A DNA stretch of 64,000 nt, taken from contig NC_043013.1 in NCBI RefSeq assembly GCF_006345805.1, positions 58,404,001-58,468,000 of the forward strand. The letters are read 5' to 3'. This DNA is from Octopus sinensis. Lineage: Eukaryota. The notes under the pieces were generated by a model. That model ran no database searches. It saw only the letters and a program-made list of their open reading frames with translations, and had not been told where the DNA came from. Positions 1-11,985 of the stretch are shown here, piece after piece (the stretch's first letter is position 1; each line of letters begins with the position of its first letter). A program made the position numbers and the translations under genes.

Positions 1-1635
1 AAATTATCGGTGTTATCCCCACAAAAATAAATTAATAAAACTCTGTAAAATAGACTTACTAACACATTTCACGAACAGAAAGCGATAATTTCGTAAATTC
101 ATTGCGACGCAAAATATTAATGGTCTTACATCCAGTTTGAGTATTTTGTGTGGAAATATTTTACATGTATAGTTTACCACAGACGAAAATGCCATCCGTG
201 TTAAAGATTGTTTGTAACGAAAACAAAAAAGTCCTTTTACAGAAAATACTAACACTTGCTTCTATTTTATCGACGACACAAACGCCGGGCTGCAGAAATC
301 TATCAGAGAGAGTAAGAGATGAGTTACGAACTTGTGCTTTGTTAAGACAACAGTGTCTTTATTTTCTATCCAAGCTTGAAGTGGAAATAAACGTGATAGA
401 TATTATAAATGAAAACTCTTATACTGGAGTAAAGAATGCTGTGTCGTACAGTATGTGTTCCTTTAAAGGTGAAGACGAGACTAAGTCACGTGATACATGA
501 ACCGGTCACGCAGTTAAAGAGTATATCCACACTTGTAGGATATCTATCTTTCCACTCTGAAGGCGGAAGCTGGATCTACCCAATGTTTATATGCTTGTAT
601 ATTTTTTTACCTACATCTGCCAAAATTATGAACTAATACTGAGACCCTAGAAACAGATGTCGGACCTGTACGCCATGCCATCTCCTCTTTAATTCTTTGT
701 CTCTCTGTACGTTTGTGATCTGTCTAAGTTCAAATCATTTGAGTGCTCTTATGAGTTTTCTCTATCCAGCATATTTAGACCCCATTTGTTGTTGTGTGTG
801 TGTGTATACAGACATGTATATATGCATGTATGTATATATGTTTATGTATGTAAAAAACTAATGATGACTCTCACTCTATTCCGGTGAGATGTAGCGCTGA
901 AGTTTATTGTGAAAGGATACTGCGCTTCTTGAAAGATATTCTTGTGCGGACGTCTGTTATGAACACATTGCTAGAGTCAGATCAACGTCGCTAATGCATA
1001 GACTCGCTCATATCAACCTTAGTAAAAGAACATTACTGAGAAAGTTGTCGACTTTACTGCAGGGAAAAATCAATTTCTGCTGGGAATAGACAAATATGTA
1101 TTGACAGTGAAACTCAACAAATATCAAAATGTAATTCTTAGAAAATATAAACATAGATATGTAGACCAGCTTTCTGGCCTTACAGAAGACCTTCCCACTA
1201 AACAGTCATAACCCTAATGATGTGAAGAAATTTCTGATATTTATAGCATGTGAATTCCGTTTTAATTTAGTATTTATCAGATCTTAACTGTGAATGAACA
1301 TTCATTCATAGACCCGTATCTACATTTCTACTGTGCCTCATGTTTGTAATCAGCAGTGCCTTCTACATTATTAATTCCTATTAATTTTAGACCACCAACA
1401 CTAAAAGTAGAAACCCTATCATAATCGTCTTTGTGTAGAAATATATTCTGGAATATTTCTAGTGAAACGTGATGGTTACAGATAGCAGGAATTTGATTAT
1501 AAGTTTACTGGTTACAGATTGAAGTACGCTAAAGCAGCACAACACTTCATGCCCTGGTCCCCGGGTGTTGCATCATTGACAGACAATATATAGTTGATTG
1601 ACTAAATAATGTAATACATTAAGTCCATCAAAGTT

Positions 1636-1862
1636 GCGAGCTGGCAGAATCGTTAGCACGCCGGCCGAAATGCTTAGACGTATTTCGTTTGCCGTTACGT
1701 TCTGAGTTCAAATTCCGCCGAGGTCGCCTTTGCCTTTCATTCCTTCGGGGTCAATTAAATAAGTACCAGTTACGCACTGGGGTCGATATAGTCGACTTAA
1801 TCCGTCTGTCTGTCCATGTTTGACCTCTCTGTGTTTAGTCCCTTGTGGGTAGTAAAGAAATA
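1636..1862 (+). mobile_element. tRNA-headed SINE, family A (tail type 1)
   Basis: Head GCGAGCTGGCAGAATCGTTAGC..., B-box-like GAGTTCAAATTCC, central block GAGGTCG(A/C)CTTTGCCTTTCAT..CGGGGTC..AAGTACCAG that recurs about 10 times in the window; tail ...GTGTTTAGTCCCTTGTGGGTAGTAAAGAAATA. Confidence 0.85.
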
Positions 1863-2028
1863 GGTATTTCGTCTGTCTTTACTTTCTGAGTTCAAATTCC
1901 GCCGAGGTTTGCTTTGCTTTTCATCATTTCAGAATCGAGAAATTAAGTACCAGTTGCGTACTGGGGTCGATTTAATCGACTGCCCCCTCCCCCAAAATTT
2001 TGGGCCTTGTGTCTAGAGTAGAAAGAAT
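1863..2028 (+). mobile_element. 5'-truncated family A SINE (tail type 2), tandem to previous copy
   Basis: Same central block, but tail CCCCTCCCCAAAATTTTGGGCCTTGTGTCTAGAGTAGAAAG. Confidence 0.85.
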
Positions 2029-2734
2029 ACATCTAGTCCATTGTTGTTGTGAAAAATTTATCCTTTCCTTCCTCAACAATGGTATAAAGAAGATTTGCTA
2101 CGTTTAAAGAATTAAGAAACTGAATGAAACACATTCTAATTATATAATAATCAATATGTCACTATAACTAGTGCTCTCTAGATGCATTCTTTATAACAAC
2201 TGATAACCGCAGTATTTCCGTGTGTGCCTCTATATGTGCATTTGAGTGAGTGAGAATATATCTGCGTTTGATTGTGTGTGAGAGAAAGTAGTGTTAAAAT
2301 GTATGCGTATCTGTGTCTTTTTACATAGTGACAGAGAGAGTGGAAGAGGGAGAGCGAGAGATTTGTATTTATTACTTCTACAGGGTAATATTTTGTCTTA
2401 AATACTGCATCTGACATTTAATGATGCGCAGCTCATAAACTGTCTCAAGATGTTTCGTGAACAAATAGGATTTCTCAGACAAAACAGAAAAAAAGAAGCT
2501 TCCACGAACAAATATTTTTATTCGCTTTACAAATCAAGTTCAGAACTTTGAAAATATATAAAATGCTTCGAGTTTAAGCCTTTTTGAAAATTTAGGTGAA
2601 AGATTTAAATTGTCATAGTCCCGTGAAGATTTGTAGTTCTAAATACTTCATACATATGTGTGTTTATATTTGTATGTTTGGTGTATGTATGTATGTATGT
2701 ATGTATGTATGTTTGGTGTATGGATGTATGTATG

Positions 2735-3090
2735 TATGCATCACAAACATATGTGCGCGACATGGTGATCGTATATCAAGATAAACGGCGCATGACCTTG
2801 TAGGTGGGGCCCAGTTATATTTTCTTCGGGTCGAGTAGCCCATCCCGCTCAAAAGGTCCATGAATAAGGGTTGTTTAAGGATGTTGAACAAAACTCCCAT
2901 GTTTGCAGAGGTGAATTATTCAAACCCCAAAGAATTCCTCTCAACATAGGGTTTTGATGCTCCCCTACTACTCCTGCTCCTGATCAGTGCTGCGCAAAGC
3001 GCCAACCACTAAGGGACATACTCAACTGGTTAAGGTCAAACAACTGACAACCAAATCCGTGGTATTGAGCAGAGTATTTGCTGTAGCCCA
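2735..3090 (-). repeat. Unclassified ~500-bp interspersed repeat (family X), partial
   Basis: Clear homology to 14930-15392, 29899-30260 and 30871-31232 (e.g. ATATGTGCGCGACATGGTGATC, GAGTAGCCCATCCCGCTCAAAAGGTCC, GGTATTGAGCAGA.TATTTGCTGTAGCCCA). Strand inferred from the (AAT)n tail on other copies. Confidence 0.85.
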
Positions 3091-3110
3091 CCATTATTTA
3101 TAAAAGAAAT

Positions 3111-4025
3111 CATTATTATTATTATTATTGCCTTTGCACAGCTTCTAAAGCTGGAGATGTAATACAGTGTCAGCTGTTCACTACCAGTGAACTAAGGTAA
3201 CACCTCTTATTTTTCGAGGTATTTAGATGATTCTTCTTCTTGAGTGGTATTGGACCCAATGTTCCGATGGTAGCAGGGACAAGCTTTAAATGTTACTCTT
3301 AGAGCTACCACATCTTGGCGATCTCAATTTTTCGGTCTCCATATTTGTCGACCTTTTCTCTTTCTTTCATGACACTATGTGGTTCTCTGGCATTGCCATG
3401 TAAATTATTGGGCACGATTGCTTGTGCCTATGAAAGGCTACGTATCTCCGGCCTTCGGTGCTCTCACACCTTGTCAGTCTCGAATATGAATATTTGCTGT
3501 TGTTCTTAAAAATGAACCCATTCTTAAATGGACATGAGCAGAAATTGACCAACTCGGTCACACTACCCGAAAGACGATGAAAATGCATGGAGCCCTCCAC
3601 CCTAAAGTGAATTTACAGAGGCTGTACATGGAGAGGGATAAAGATGGCGGTGGTCTGCTATGTGTACAAAAGTGCATGGACAGTAAAGAAAGAAATGTGA
3701 CAACGTATTTGGCAAACAGCATAAAGAGCCTGCTACAGTACGCTGCTAATGGAGAAGGATTTACCAACAATGGAATCGAAAGTGCTAACATGAGGGACAC
3801 TACACGGCATGGAATTACATGCTCAGTTCCACCGTGAATCTAACAACTTAAAAGACAATAAGTATCATGGGTGTGGCTTAACAAAAGAGTGAAAGTCTAA
3901 TCATTGCTGCCTAGGATCAGGCATTGTATACTAACTCAATTACAAAGAATACGTACCACACAATTGCAACGAACGTTTGCAGATGTGTGGGAGTCGACAG
4001 TGTGACTCACATCCTTAGCAGCATT
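3111..4025. mobile_element. Decayed R4/Dong-clade non-LTR retrotransposon, C-terminal part with 5' inversion
   Basis: Minus 3505->3111 encodes restriction-like endonuclease remnant (TDKV.EHRRP..KEREKVDKYGDRKIEIAKMW..IGTLGPIP), 3' UTR and (AAT)n. Plus 3515->4025 encodes RT thumb (ILKWT*AEIDQLGHTTRKTMKMHGALHPKVNLQRLYMERDKDGG) and CCHC knuckle remnant (LIIAA*DQAL.TN..CRC..VTHILS). Confidence 0.8.
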
Positions 4026-4624
4026 CTCTGTGTAAACCCACAAGCCAACATGTTTTCTTTTATAAATCCTATACAATTTTCACTGCACCAGCAAACACAT
4101 TTCACGGAGCATATCTCAATTGTTGTTATGAAACAAATTTTCAGGTTTTTATTTCGTCGATTTTTGTCATTTCGTATTGTCTTCCCGTTTTTGTGCTTTT
4201 CTTATTTTCATTTGCTTCACTAATGTTGAAAGATAAATCTTTTAAATGAACGCAATTTCAAACCCTTATTATATATCCAGAGAAGACATTTTATTGCTTG
4301 AATGGTCTTTTGATTATTTTAATATTAATATAAAACTGCCGAGGCAATAGCGAAATATAATGCTTGTTAGGGAGGGCACATGATTCCCCTTCTTGAGATA
4401 ATCTCATTCTTTGCCATATTCGGAAATAAATCAAATGAATAACTAAAGTATTTCGGGCAAATCAAACGAACTCGATGCAACATTGATTTCGAATTTAGGA
4501 AGGTAAGTAAACATGAAAGGAGAAATTCGGCAAATGAACATATAATATACATAATACACACATATATACATACATACAGAAACACACACACACACACACA
4601 CACACATACACACATATATATATA

Positions 4625-5638
4625 CTAGCATTAAAGACCCGTCGTTGCCGGGTCATAGTGCTAGTGCATGTATATATGTGTATATATATGTGTACATATT
4701 ACATGTACATCTATATATATACATCTACACATATAATACAAAATACAAAGTTATATCTTGATATCGTTAGTGATAACAATACTCAAAATATATAACAGAC
4801 TGGAATTGTTAGCCCGTCTCTTGTAATTTCGATCAATTGTATCTTGTCCTTCCTCTTGTATAGAAGTGTGGCTACAATCCAGCCCACCTCTACTTCTGGG
4901 GGGGGGCATTTTAAATTGTTTTCCGGGACGTCCTACGTTCCAGATATAAAGGTAAGAGTAAAATATTTCCACTTTGCATGTTCGAGTCGAGTACCCCCTT
5001 GCTTCTATTGTGGCGAATTTACCGCATATGATTAGATACCATAGTCGCACCAAGACACTTTTCGAAGGTGCTTTCCTCCATGTGTTCAAATCTTTTTTCT
5101 CTACATTGTATACTTTATAGACAATAGTCTTTTCTTTAATTTAATTTTTTATTATCCATCTGGACTATTCCATTTCTGCACGCTAATTTTATTTTTAATT
5201 TATTCCCATTCATGTGAAACCACTTATTCAAGTTCAAATCATTGATGCAATTTTATATCAATTGCTATTTTTACATTTGTTATGTTTCGATTACATTATA
5301 CTTTGGTTTGATTTTCATTATTACTTACTACATATAATTCAATTGTTATTATTATTTTTATTGTGAAAGTAAAAGTATCTGACATAAAATAGAGAAACGT
5401 TTTTGTTTCACTTTTAACACGTAATACTGAAATAGTGGAGAAGATATGACATTGCTATGGGCTCGCTCTAGGCAAGAAGTTGCACATCTTTTTGCCCATG
5501 AAACTACATGGACCCTAAGTAAGGCATGTGTAAAATTTGAATAGAATTGGTTGTGTAGTTCTCAAGTTTTAGGGAAGCACACAGACAGACAGACAGACAG
5601 ACAGAGGGACACACATTCTCAGTTTTATATATATAAAG

Positions 5639-5640
<2 letters not shown>
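4625..5640 (+). mobile_element. Non-autonomous Helentron/Helitron-type (HINE/DINE-1-like) element
   Basis: 5' end TACTAGCATTAAAGACCCGTCGTTGCCGGGTC with subterminal hairpin ACCCG/CGGGT; 3' end (GACA)n microsatellite then CATTCTCAGTTTTATATATATAAAGAT; flanked by TA/CA microsatellite. Family assignment from end architecture only. Confidence 0.55.
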
Positions 5641-5689
<49 letters not shown>

Positions 5690-7750
5690 ATTTTCTGTAT
5701 TGGCCACACAGGGCTAAGCACAGAGGAGACAATTACAATGTAGAGTTTTTTCTTTTCGAGGGGGGCGAAAACAAAGTAAAAAATAGGGACAACTATCAAA
5801 ATGGATCGAAATCGTTGGGGATACATGCAAAAAATGTCGAAATAGTACAAAAAATTCCCAAGAAGTAGGGAGGTTTATCTGTGGAAAGAAAAACCTACCA
5901 AAAGACCACAGTAACCTCGGGCAATTACGTCACATATTAATATTTATTTACAAATAAGTAACTCTCTGTATTAAATTTTAAATTTCTACGGTTCATAGGA
6001 TCATGCTCAAGGTCGCTTCGTCATCCATACGTGCCATCCTTGCTACAGTTACCCATCTTTTTTTGAAACAGTCGCTAGACAAAACTTCCCTCTCTACTCT
6101 CACCTTCCTTTTCAAGTAATACTTGAAAAGGTTGATGACAGATCGACCAGAGAGGAAAGTGTTTGTCTCTAATCCTTTCAGACGCGTCCACCGGATACAT
6201 TCTTTCGCCATAGCTACAAGTATTATAAAGATAGCTATTCCTTCCCGTTTGAAGGAAGGAGGCGTGGCGATATTGACGATAGACTCAGCTTATAAACCGA
6301 CTCGTCCCACACGTGACAGCAGTCGTTCGACATAAGCCCACGGGTCGGAAATGGTTGGACACTGCACGAGTGCGTGCAGAACGGTTTCGTCGCTCTGACC
6401 ACATATCGGGCAGGTCTGCCCCGTGTTTCTCGAACCATGTCTACAGAGCTTATCCCGAACGGGTAGCGCTTCTCGATAGCACTGCCAGGCTAGGGATCTC
6501 TGGAAATTGTCCATAAGTCCCGGCCCGAAAGTCGTCTTGAACAGGCGCGTCAGGTATTCCTCGTGAGACGCCCAGGTTGGCCCTGAGATCGTTGTTGTAC
6601 CTCCCCTCCACTAATCACCTATAAAATGCTTTCGTGGTGATGTAGTCGCTCAAGTTCGACCCAGGACGGCAGAGTTGCTGGAGAGCAACGCGACACTCGT
6701 GGTACCATTCGCCCTTCCTCGGCCTCTTTTTCATCCACGATTGCAGCTCGGCCATGGACACGAGTTGCGGGAAAGCGCACCACACAAACTGCGACCACAT
6801 CAACCACAGCATGCCCAGCCCTCCTTTCAGCGGGTGTTGAGAGCAAACGGATCGTCTGGCCATCGGAACGTTTCCTTTCCACAAGAAGCGGAAGAGAATG
6901 CGCTCCAGTTTGGTGACGGTAGGGTCGGGACAAGGAATGACGCTCAGGTGGTAGTTGATGACGGATGCAATGTACGCGTTCGCCACCTCCGCCCGACCCT
7001 TTAGAGATAGCTTCCTCTCGGCCCATTGCCTGCAGAGAGTGGTCACCCTACTTGTTATCTCGTCCCAGTTCTTCTCCGTTTGCAGGTCTGGACCGAACCA
7101 GACTCAAAGCAATTTGACCGGCCCGTCCGTCCAGCGTCCCACTACTGAGGCGCTGGTGGACTGCATGGGTTGCTTCTCCAGGTGCCCAGCCGCAAGCCCA
7201 CCGACTACCCACACCACCATCAGCACAGAGGACAAACAAAGGGAATACAAAACCAAACCCGCCAACACCAACAGCAAGAACTAGAGAAACAGTAAAACCA
7301 AAAGACAATACAAAAACTGATTCCCCTTCCGCCACATCACACACACCACACACAAGCAGTCAACAACCAGCATCAACGAAAACAACAACACAACCAATTA
7401 CACAAACATACATTGAAGCCTACATGCCCCTACCTCCATCCGATTCCTCGGAAATTTCGTCGGAAGACGAAAGCACTGAGGAGTGGCAAATAGCCAGAAA
7501 AGGAAGGAGGAAAAGGAGCAAAAAAAGAACCAAATCCAATACAAACGCAAACAAAGCAGGGAGACATCTCAAACCTTACCACAAACAATATCAACGCCAC
7601 AAAAATATATGCAAAGAATATGCTCACAGCAAAATTGGGTTTGGTGGTAGTGTTGGTGGCAGAGGTGTCACTTGTAGTAGTTGAGGTTGTAGTAGTGGTG
7701 TTGTTGTTGGCAGATATCGTAGACGGCAAAACGACGATATCATTGTTGTT

Positions 7751-7795
<45 letters not shown>

Positions 7796-7799
7796 CTAG

Positions 7800-7831
<32 letters not shown>

Positions 7832-8050
7832 GACAGGGCTGTTAACGAATGTGGTTGCAGGGTTCACTTCCACGTCACTCAGGTTTGTCTTTGATTTCTT
7901 GCTGGTCATGTCTGTTCTATTAGAATGTGTGCGCGTGCAGGAATTCTTTTTTTCTCCTAGCGTTTCAAGGCTGGGGAAATGCTGGTCTATGAAGGAATTT
8001 GACCAGCGTTCGACAATAACAGTTCTCGACATTAAAAAATGTCGAAAAGA
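5690..8050 (-). mobile_element. Rearranged Tx1/L1-clade LINE (5' UTR + ORF1 start, inverted ORF1 piece, ORF2 C-terminus, 3' UTR)
   Basis: Minus 7195->5993: ORF2 remnant WAERKLSLKGRAEVANAYIASVINY...RFLWKG...GGLG and zf-RVT/CCHC LAWQCYREALPVRDKL..CPICGQSDETVLHALVQCP, with stops and frameshifts. ~300-nt 3' UTR to 5690. 7200-7620 plus strand: SSEDESTEEWQIARKGRRKR low-complexity ORF1-like. 8050->7620 minus: MTSKKSK...T/N-rich...KPNFA ORF1-like start. ORF1 assignments are inference. Confidence 0.8.
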
Positions 8051-9394
8051 AAAATATACAGATTAATTAGGGTTGAAACTGCCTCTAAGTGCGAATTGCT
8101 CCCTATTTTTAAATTGTGACAGCATCAGAAAAATTCTATCCGTGTAATGGCTAAACGATAGAATATGCACTAAATATATTTTCCAAATTTACGGAAATGC
8201 GAGATGTTAGATGGCAAATTGATGGAATAAATAAAGAGTGTCAACTTTCTAGTTTCGAATCCGACTGAATTTAACTTTAAACTTCATAAATTTACGATCT
8301 CTAAACTACAATATTTGACTAGAAAAGAGTATTCAGGAAATCGTTCAGGTGTCATGTGGGGTGCTTGCATTTATTTGCACGGCTTTTGTCTTTTGAAATC
8401 TTGGATACAATGACGTGGAAGGAATTGACTTGGAAGGGTAGCACTTGTCACAGACGAGTTTGAGAGAAAATAGTAGATAATCACTCCCTGTAATATTTTA
8501 TCTATCGACCCTAACATGATAGAAAAAACTATAAAGCTGGGACATATACTTCAAGTCATGCTGTCCAGTCCTCTGAATATTCAACAATTCACCGGAATTA
8601 TTGACAACATTATAAGTTATTAATGATGAATTACAGTAATAAGAATGCTTATATTTTGTTTAGTTAATGTCATTCGTTACGTTTTGTTTTTGCATATTTT
8701 CATTTATGCTTAGCTTATATTCACTTTAGGAAAGTGTGCCAACCTAAAGTGCCTTCCTGCAAAACACTAGTTAAGCAACTTAATCCTAAGTTTCCTTACC
8801 ATTACTTAGGTCTGGCACATAGTCATGTTTTCTCGTGTCGCCCATTCCGCTCAAATGGTGCTTGGATAAGGGTAGTTTAAGATATGATTCCAAACAAAAA
8901 GGCAGTTGATGTTCCATCTAAACACTAGTGTAACGCCAAACTAGACAGCCGAGACTATAACAATGAAAGCACAAATTCTCTTCTAGCTGGGCCTCACTCC
9001 ACCAGCTGAGGGAATAGCCGTGAAGTTAATGATTAAGACTGCAGGGATAGAATTGAAAATCGGAAAGAGTAACCGAAATAAAAACGAACTGGAAGAGACT
9101 AGGAGAGAGAGAGGGAGGGAGGGAGAGAAAAGACGAAGTAGAGACACAATGACAAATATAGAGAATAAAAGCAGAGTCTGGAGCCTCCATGCTATGAAAA
9201 CATCAGAAGCTATATTTGGATTTCTCACCTTCTAGTCAGAATTACGAAGTGATTTAACTGCTTGTCATAAGAAATGAAACACGCACAACTACACACACAC
9301 ACACACACACACAACATACAGAACTCTCTCAAACGTTGTCTAAATTCATTAGATTGATGTTCATTGGAGAGCGATCGGGCGACACCGTTGCAAA

Positions 9395-9750
9395 TGAAGG
9401 TTGTTTATAAATCTGGTTCCATGTACGAAGCAAGATTTATGGGAAATTTAATCACAGGATTTAATCAAAAGATTATTGTATGAACTGTAATATGGCAACA
9501 AGATCAGCGGCGGAACACAAATATGTGGTCGAAACATGTGAAAACAAATCAGCCGAAAGTACAGTAGTAGCTATAAATCTAAAGAGAGCTGAAGCGAACT
9601 TCCTTAGAGATATAAAACCTTTCTGAATTTCAAGAGATGGACACAGGCTACATATACAGTTTCTTCGAAATATGCTGTCAAAGCGATAATAAATAAACAA
9701 AAAGCGCCTCTGAAGATGGGTTTTCCAATCCGAAGGCAGACACAATTACG
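9395..9750 (+). mobile_element. Highly decayed Penelope-like element GIY-YIG fragment with degenerate hammerhead-like motif
   Basis: Translation KVVYKSGSMYEARFMGNLITGF...LKRAEANFLRDIKPF resembles PLE endonuclease (VVYK..C..C...YIG...L.TRF; LK..EA..I...KP.LN). Followed by CTGAAGA-TGGGTTTTCCAATCC-GAAG at ~9710-9735. Confidence 0.4.
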
Positions 9751-10303
9751 CAATAACTATAAAGCAACAATATTCAGATACTTTTTAGTATTTCTTAATA
9801 AAAACTATTTAGCCTGTCTATGTCTATTAACGTATCTAGCCAACCAATTGAATATCTTCGTATAAGCCTACCAATCTATTTTGTCTACATATTCAGATAT
9901 GCACTCGTTCATTTATAAGATTATCCGTACTTGTCTGACCTATCCATTTCTTCCTCCGTTCAGGTACTCGATTGGGTAATTATCTCCATGGCTGTCAATT
10001 TGGCTTTCCATCTAAATCTCTATTTATGTTCTCACCTATATCCGTGTAAATATATTCCCATCTTAGTCACGTCGTCTCCCATTAAAACGTTGTAAACTGA
10101 ATCACCAACAAAACCCAACTTTATATGAAATTCTCATTTTATTAGTTTTTTGTTTCTTTCTCATCGTTGTGGCATATTAGTTTTCACAGATCTTATAAAT
10201 TGAATTTTACTGCAATGAGTTACCCTACGCACCACGTGTGAGTATGTACATACACCAATCAATCTATCTATCTTTCTATCTCTATCTCAATATATATATA
10301 TAT

Positions 10304-10358
<55 letters not shown>

Positions 10359-11213
10359 TACATATATATTACATGTATATGCATACACACACACACATAA
10401 GCTATGCTACCTGCAATCTGCTCTGCAGGATACTATCTTCCCCGTATTTACTGTGTATGCATGTCTGACCGCGTATATGTAATATGCAAATATACATTTA
10501 GATATATATGTCTGCAATATACAAAATAATTCAGCTATTTTTGTGCCGTTTGTAGTCAATTCGAAAAATAATTGAAATGAAAATGTGTAATACAATACAA
10601 AAACCATGTCTGCTAAAATTGAAAACCGTCCAACGTTTATAAGAGTTTTACCAACAAAAGATTTCAATAGAAACTCCATCTTGCATGCGAAGCTTAATGG
10701 TGGCAGGAAATGATCGCTTGAATAGCTTTTAAATTATTTTGTCTACATAATACTTTCTCTTGACAAAAGTGTGTTATGTAATACATCTATTAATTATATT
10801 ATTTTAATGAGAATTCTCTATTCTATATACAGACTCTCTATTCTACGTGAAGCAATATTTACATATCTGAAACAGGCAATATACAGCATGAGTTGGCCAC
10901 TTGGTTAAATACTTCGCAACGAAATTATATTTCTCCAATTTCGATACCATTAGTAATCAATCTATTCCTTGCCAATGAAAAGAGTGTAGCAAGAACTGTG
11001 AACAGGAATCGATCTTGGCTGTTGCTGATTCGTAGAAATATGTTTGCAGCCCTATTTAAAACATCAGCTACACTGAAATGTTTCTTATTATGTCCACCCT
11101 GTTTTACGCTTTCAGGCTATTCTGTTCTTTTATAGCAAAAGCATGTAGTTTCTGATAATGCCAGAGGGTTCTGGAAGGCATTTCGCATCTTACCAAGTCA
11201 TTTATTTACAAAC

Positions 11214-11313
<100 letters not shown>

Positions 11314-11475
11314 CTCTTTGATTTGGTTTGCAAGATTCTTTATGTGGGTTCGTGTGTCAAAACTATTGACACAATGAAAATTTTAGAAAAATATAAAAGA
11401 TATGTGGAAATTTTATCGGTGAGTGTGTTAAATTATAAGTCACAAAAAGAGAATAATTCTCCCCAGGCACAGCAT

Positions 11476-11509
<34 letters not shown>

Positions 11510-11631
11510 AAGGACAACTACTTAATAAGGAAAACTTAACAAGAAATTGTCAGGTAGATAGCGTAAAAACCTCATAAGAGAAAAAATTTCGAAAATAATT
11601 ATTTCTTATTGAACATATTAATTTATATATA

Positions 11632-11965
11632 GAGGGCATAATTATACATACATGCCAGGAGGCATTATATATACCTGCCAAACGCTAAGAGGGACAATCA
11701 GTCATTTCTACCAAAATTGACGTGAACTGTGTTCACCACGAGTGCAAGCATGCGTAAATTGCACGAAAAATAAAAAATCAAGAAATAAAAACGAATCGCC
11801 GTAAACATTGTAGAAATTCGGCAAAGAAATGAATTTTCGGGATGTAGCCTGGAGGGATTTTTCGGTGGGATTAGTAATATTTTTGGTAGAAATGACTGAT
11901 TGTCCCTCTTAGCGTTTGGCAGGTATATATAATGCCTCCTGGCATGTATGTATAATTATGCCCTC
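11632..11965. mobile_element. MITE with 85-bp perfect terminal inverted repeats (Sola2-like GAG terminus possible)
   Basis: 11632-11716 is the exact reverse complement of 11881-11965 (GAGGGCATAATTATACATACATGCC...TCATTTCTACCAAAA); TATA on both flanks. Confidence 0.9.
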
Positions 11966-11985
11966 TATATATAAATATATATATA

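Noticed and set aside
150-636. 116-aa and 66-aa ORFs plus GTCACGTG E-box and GGCGGAAG ETS-like motif near 485-570
   Set aside because: No recognisable domain or splice context; two short motifs do not establish a promoter.
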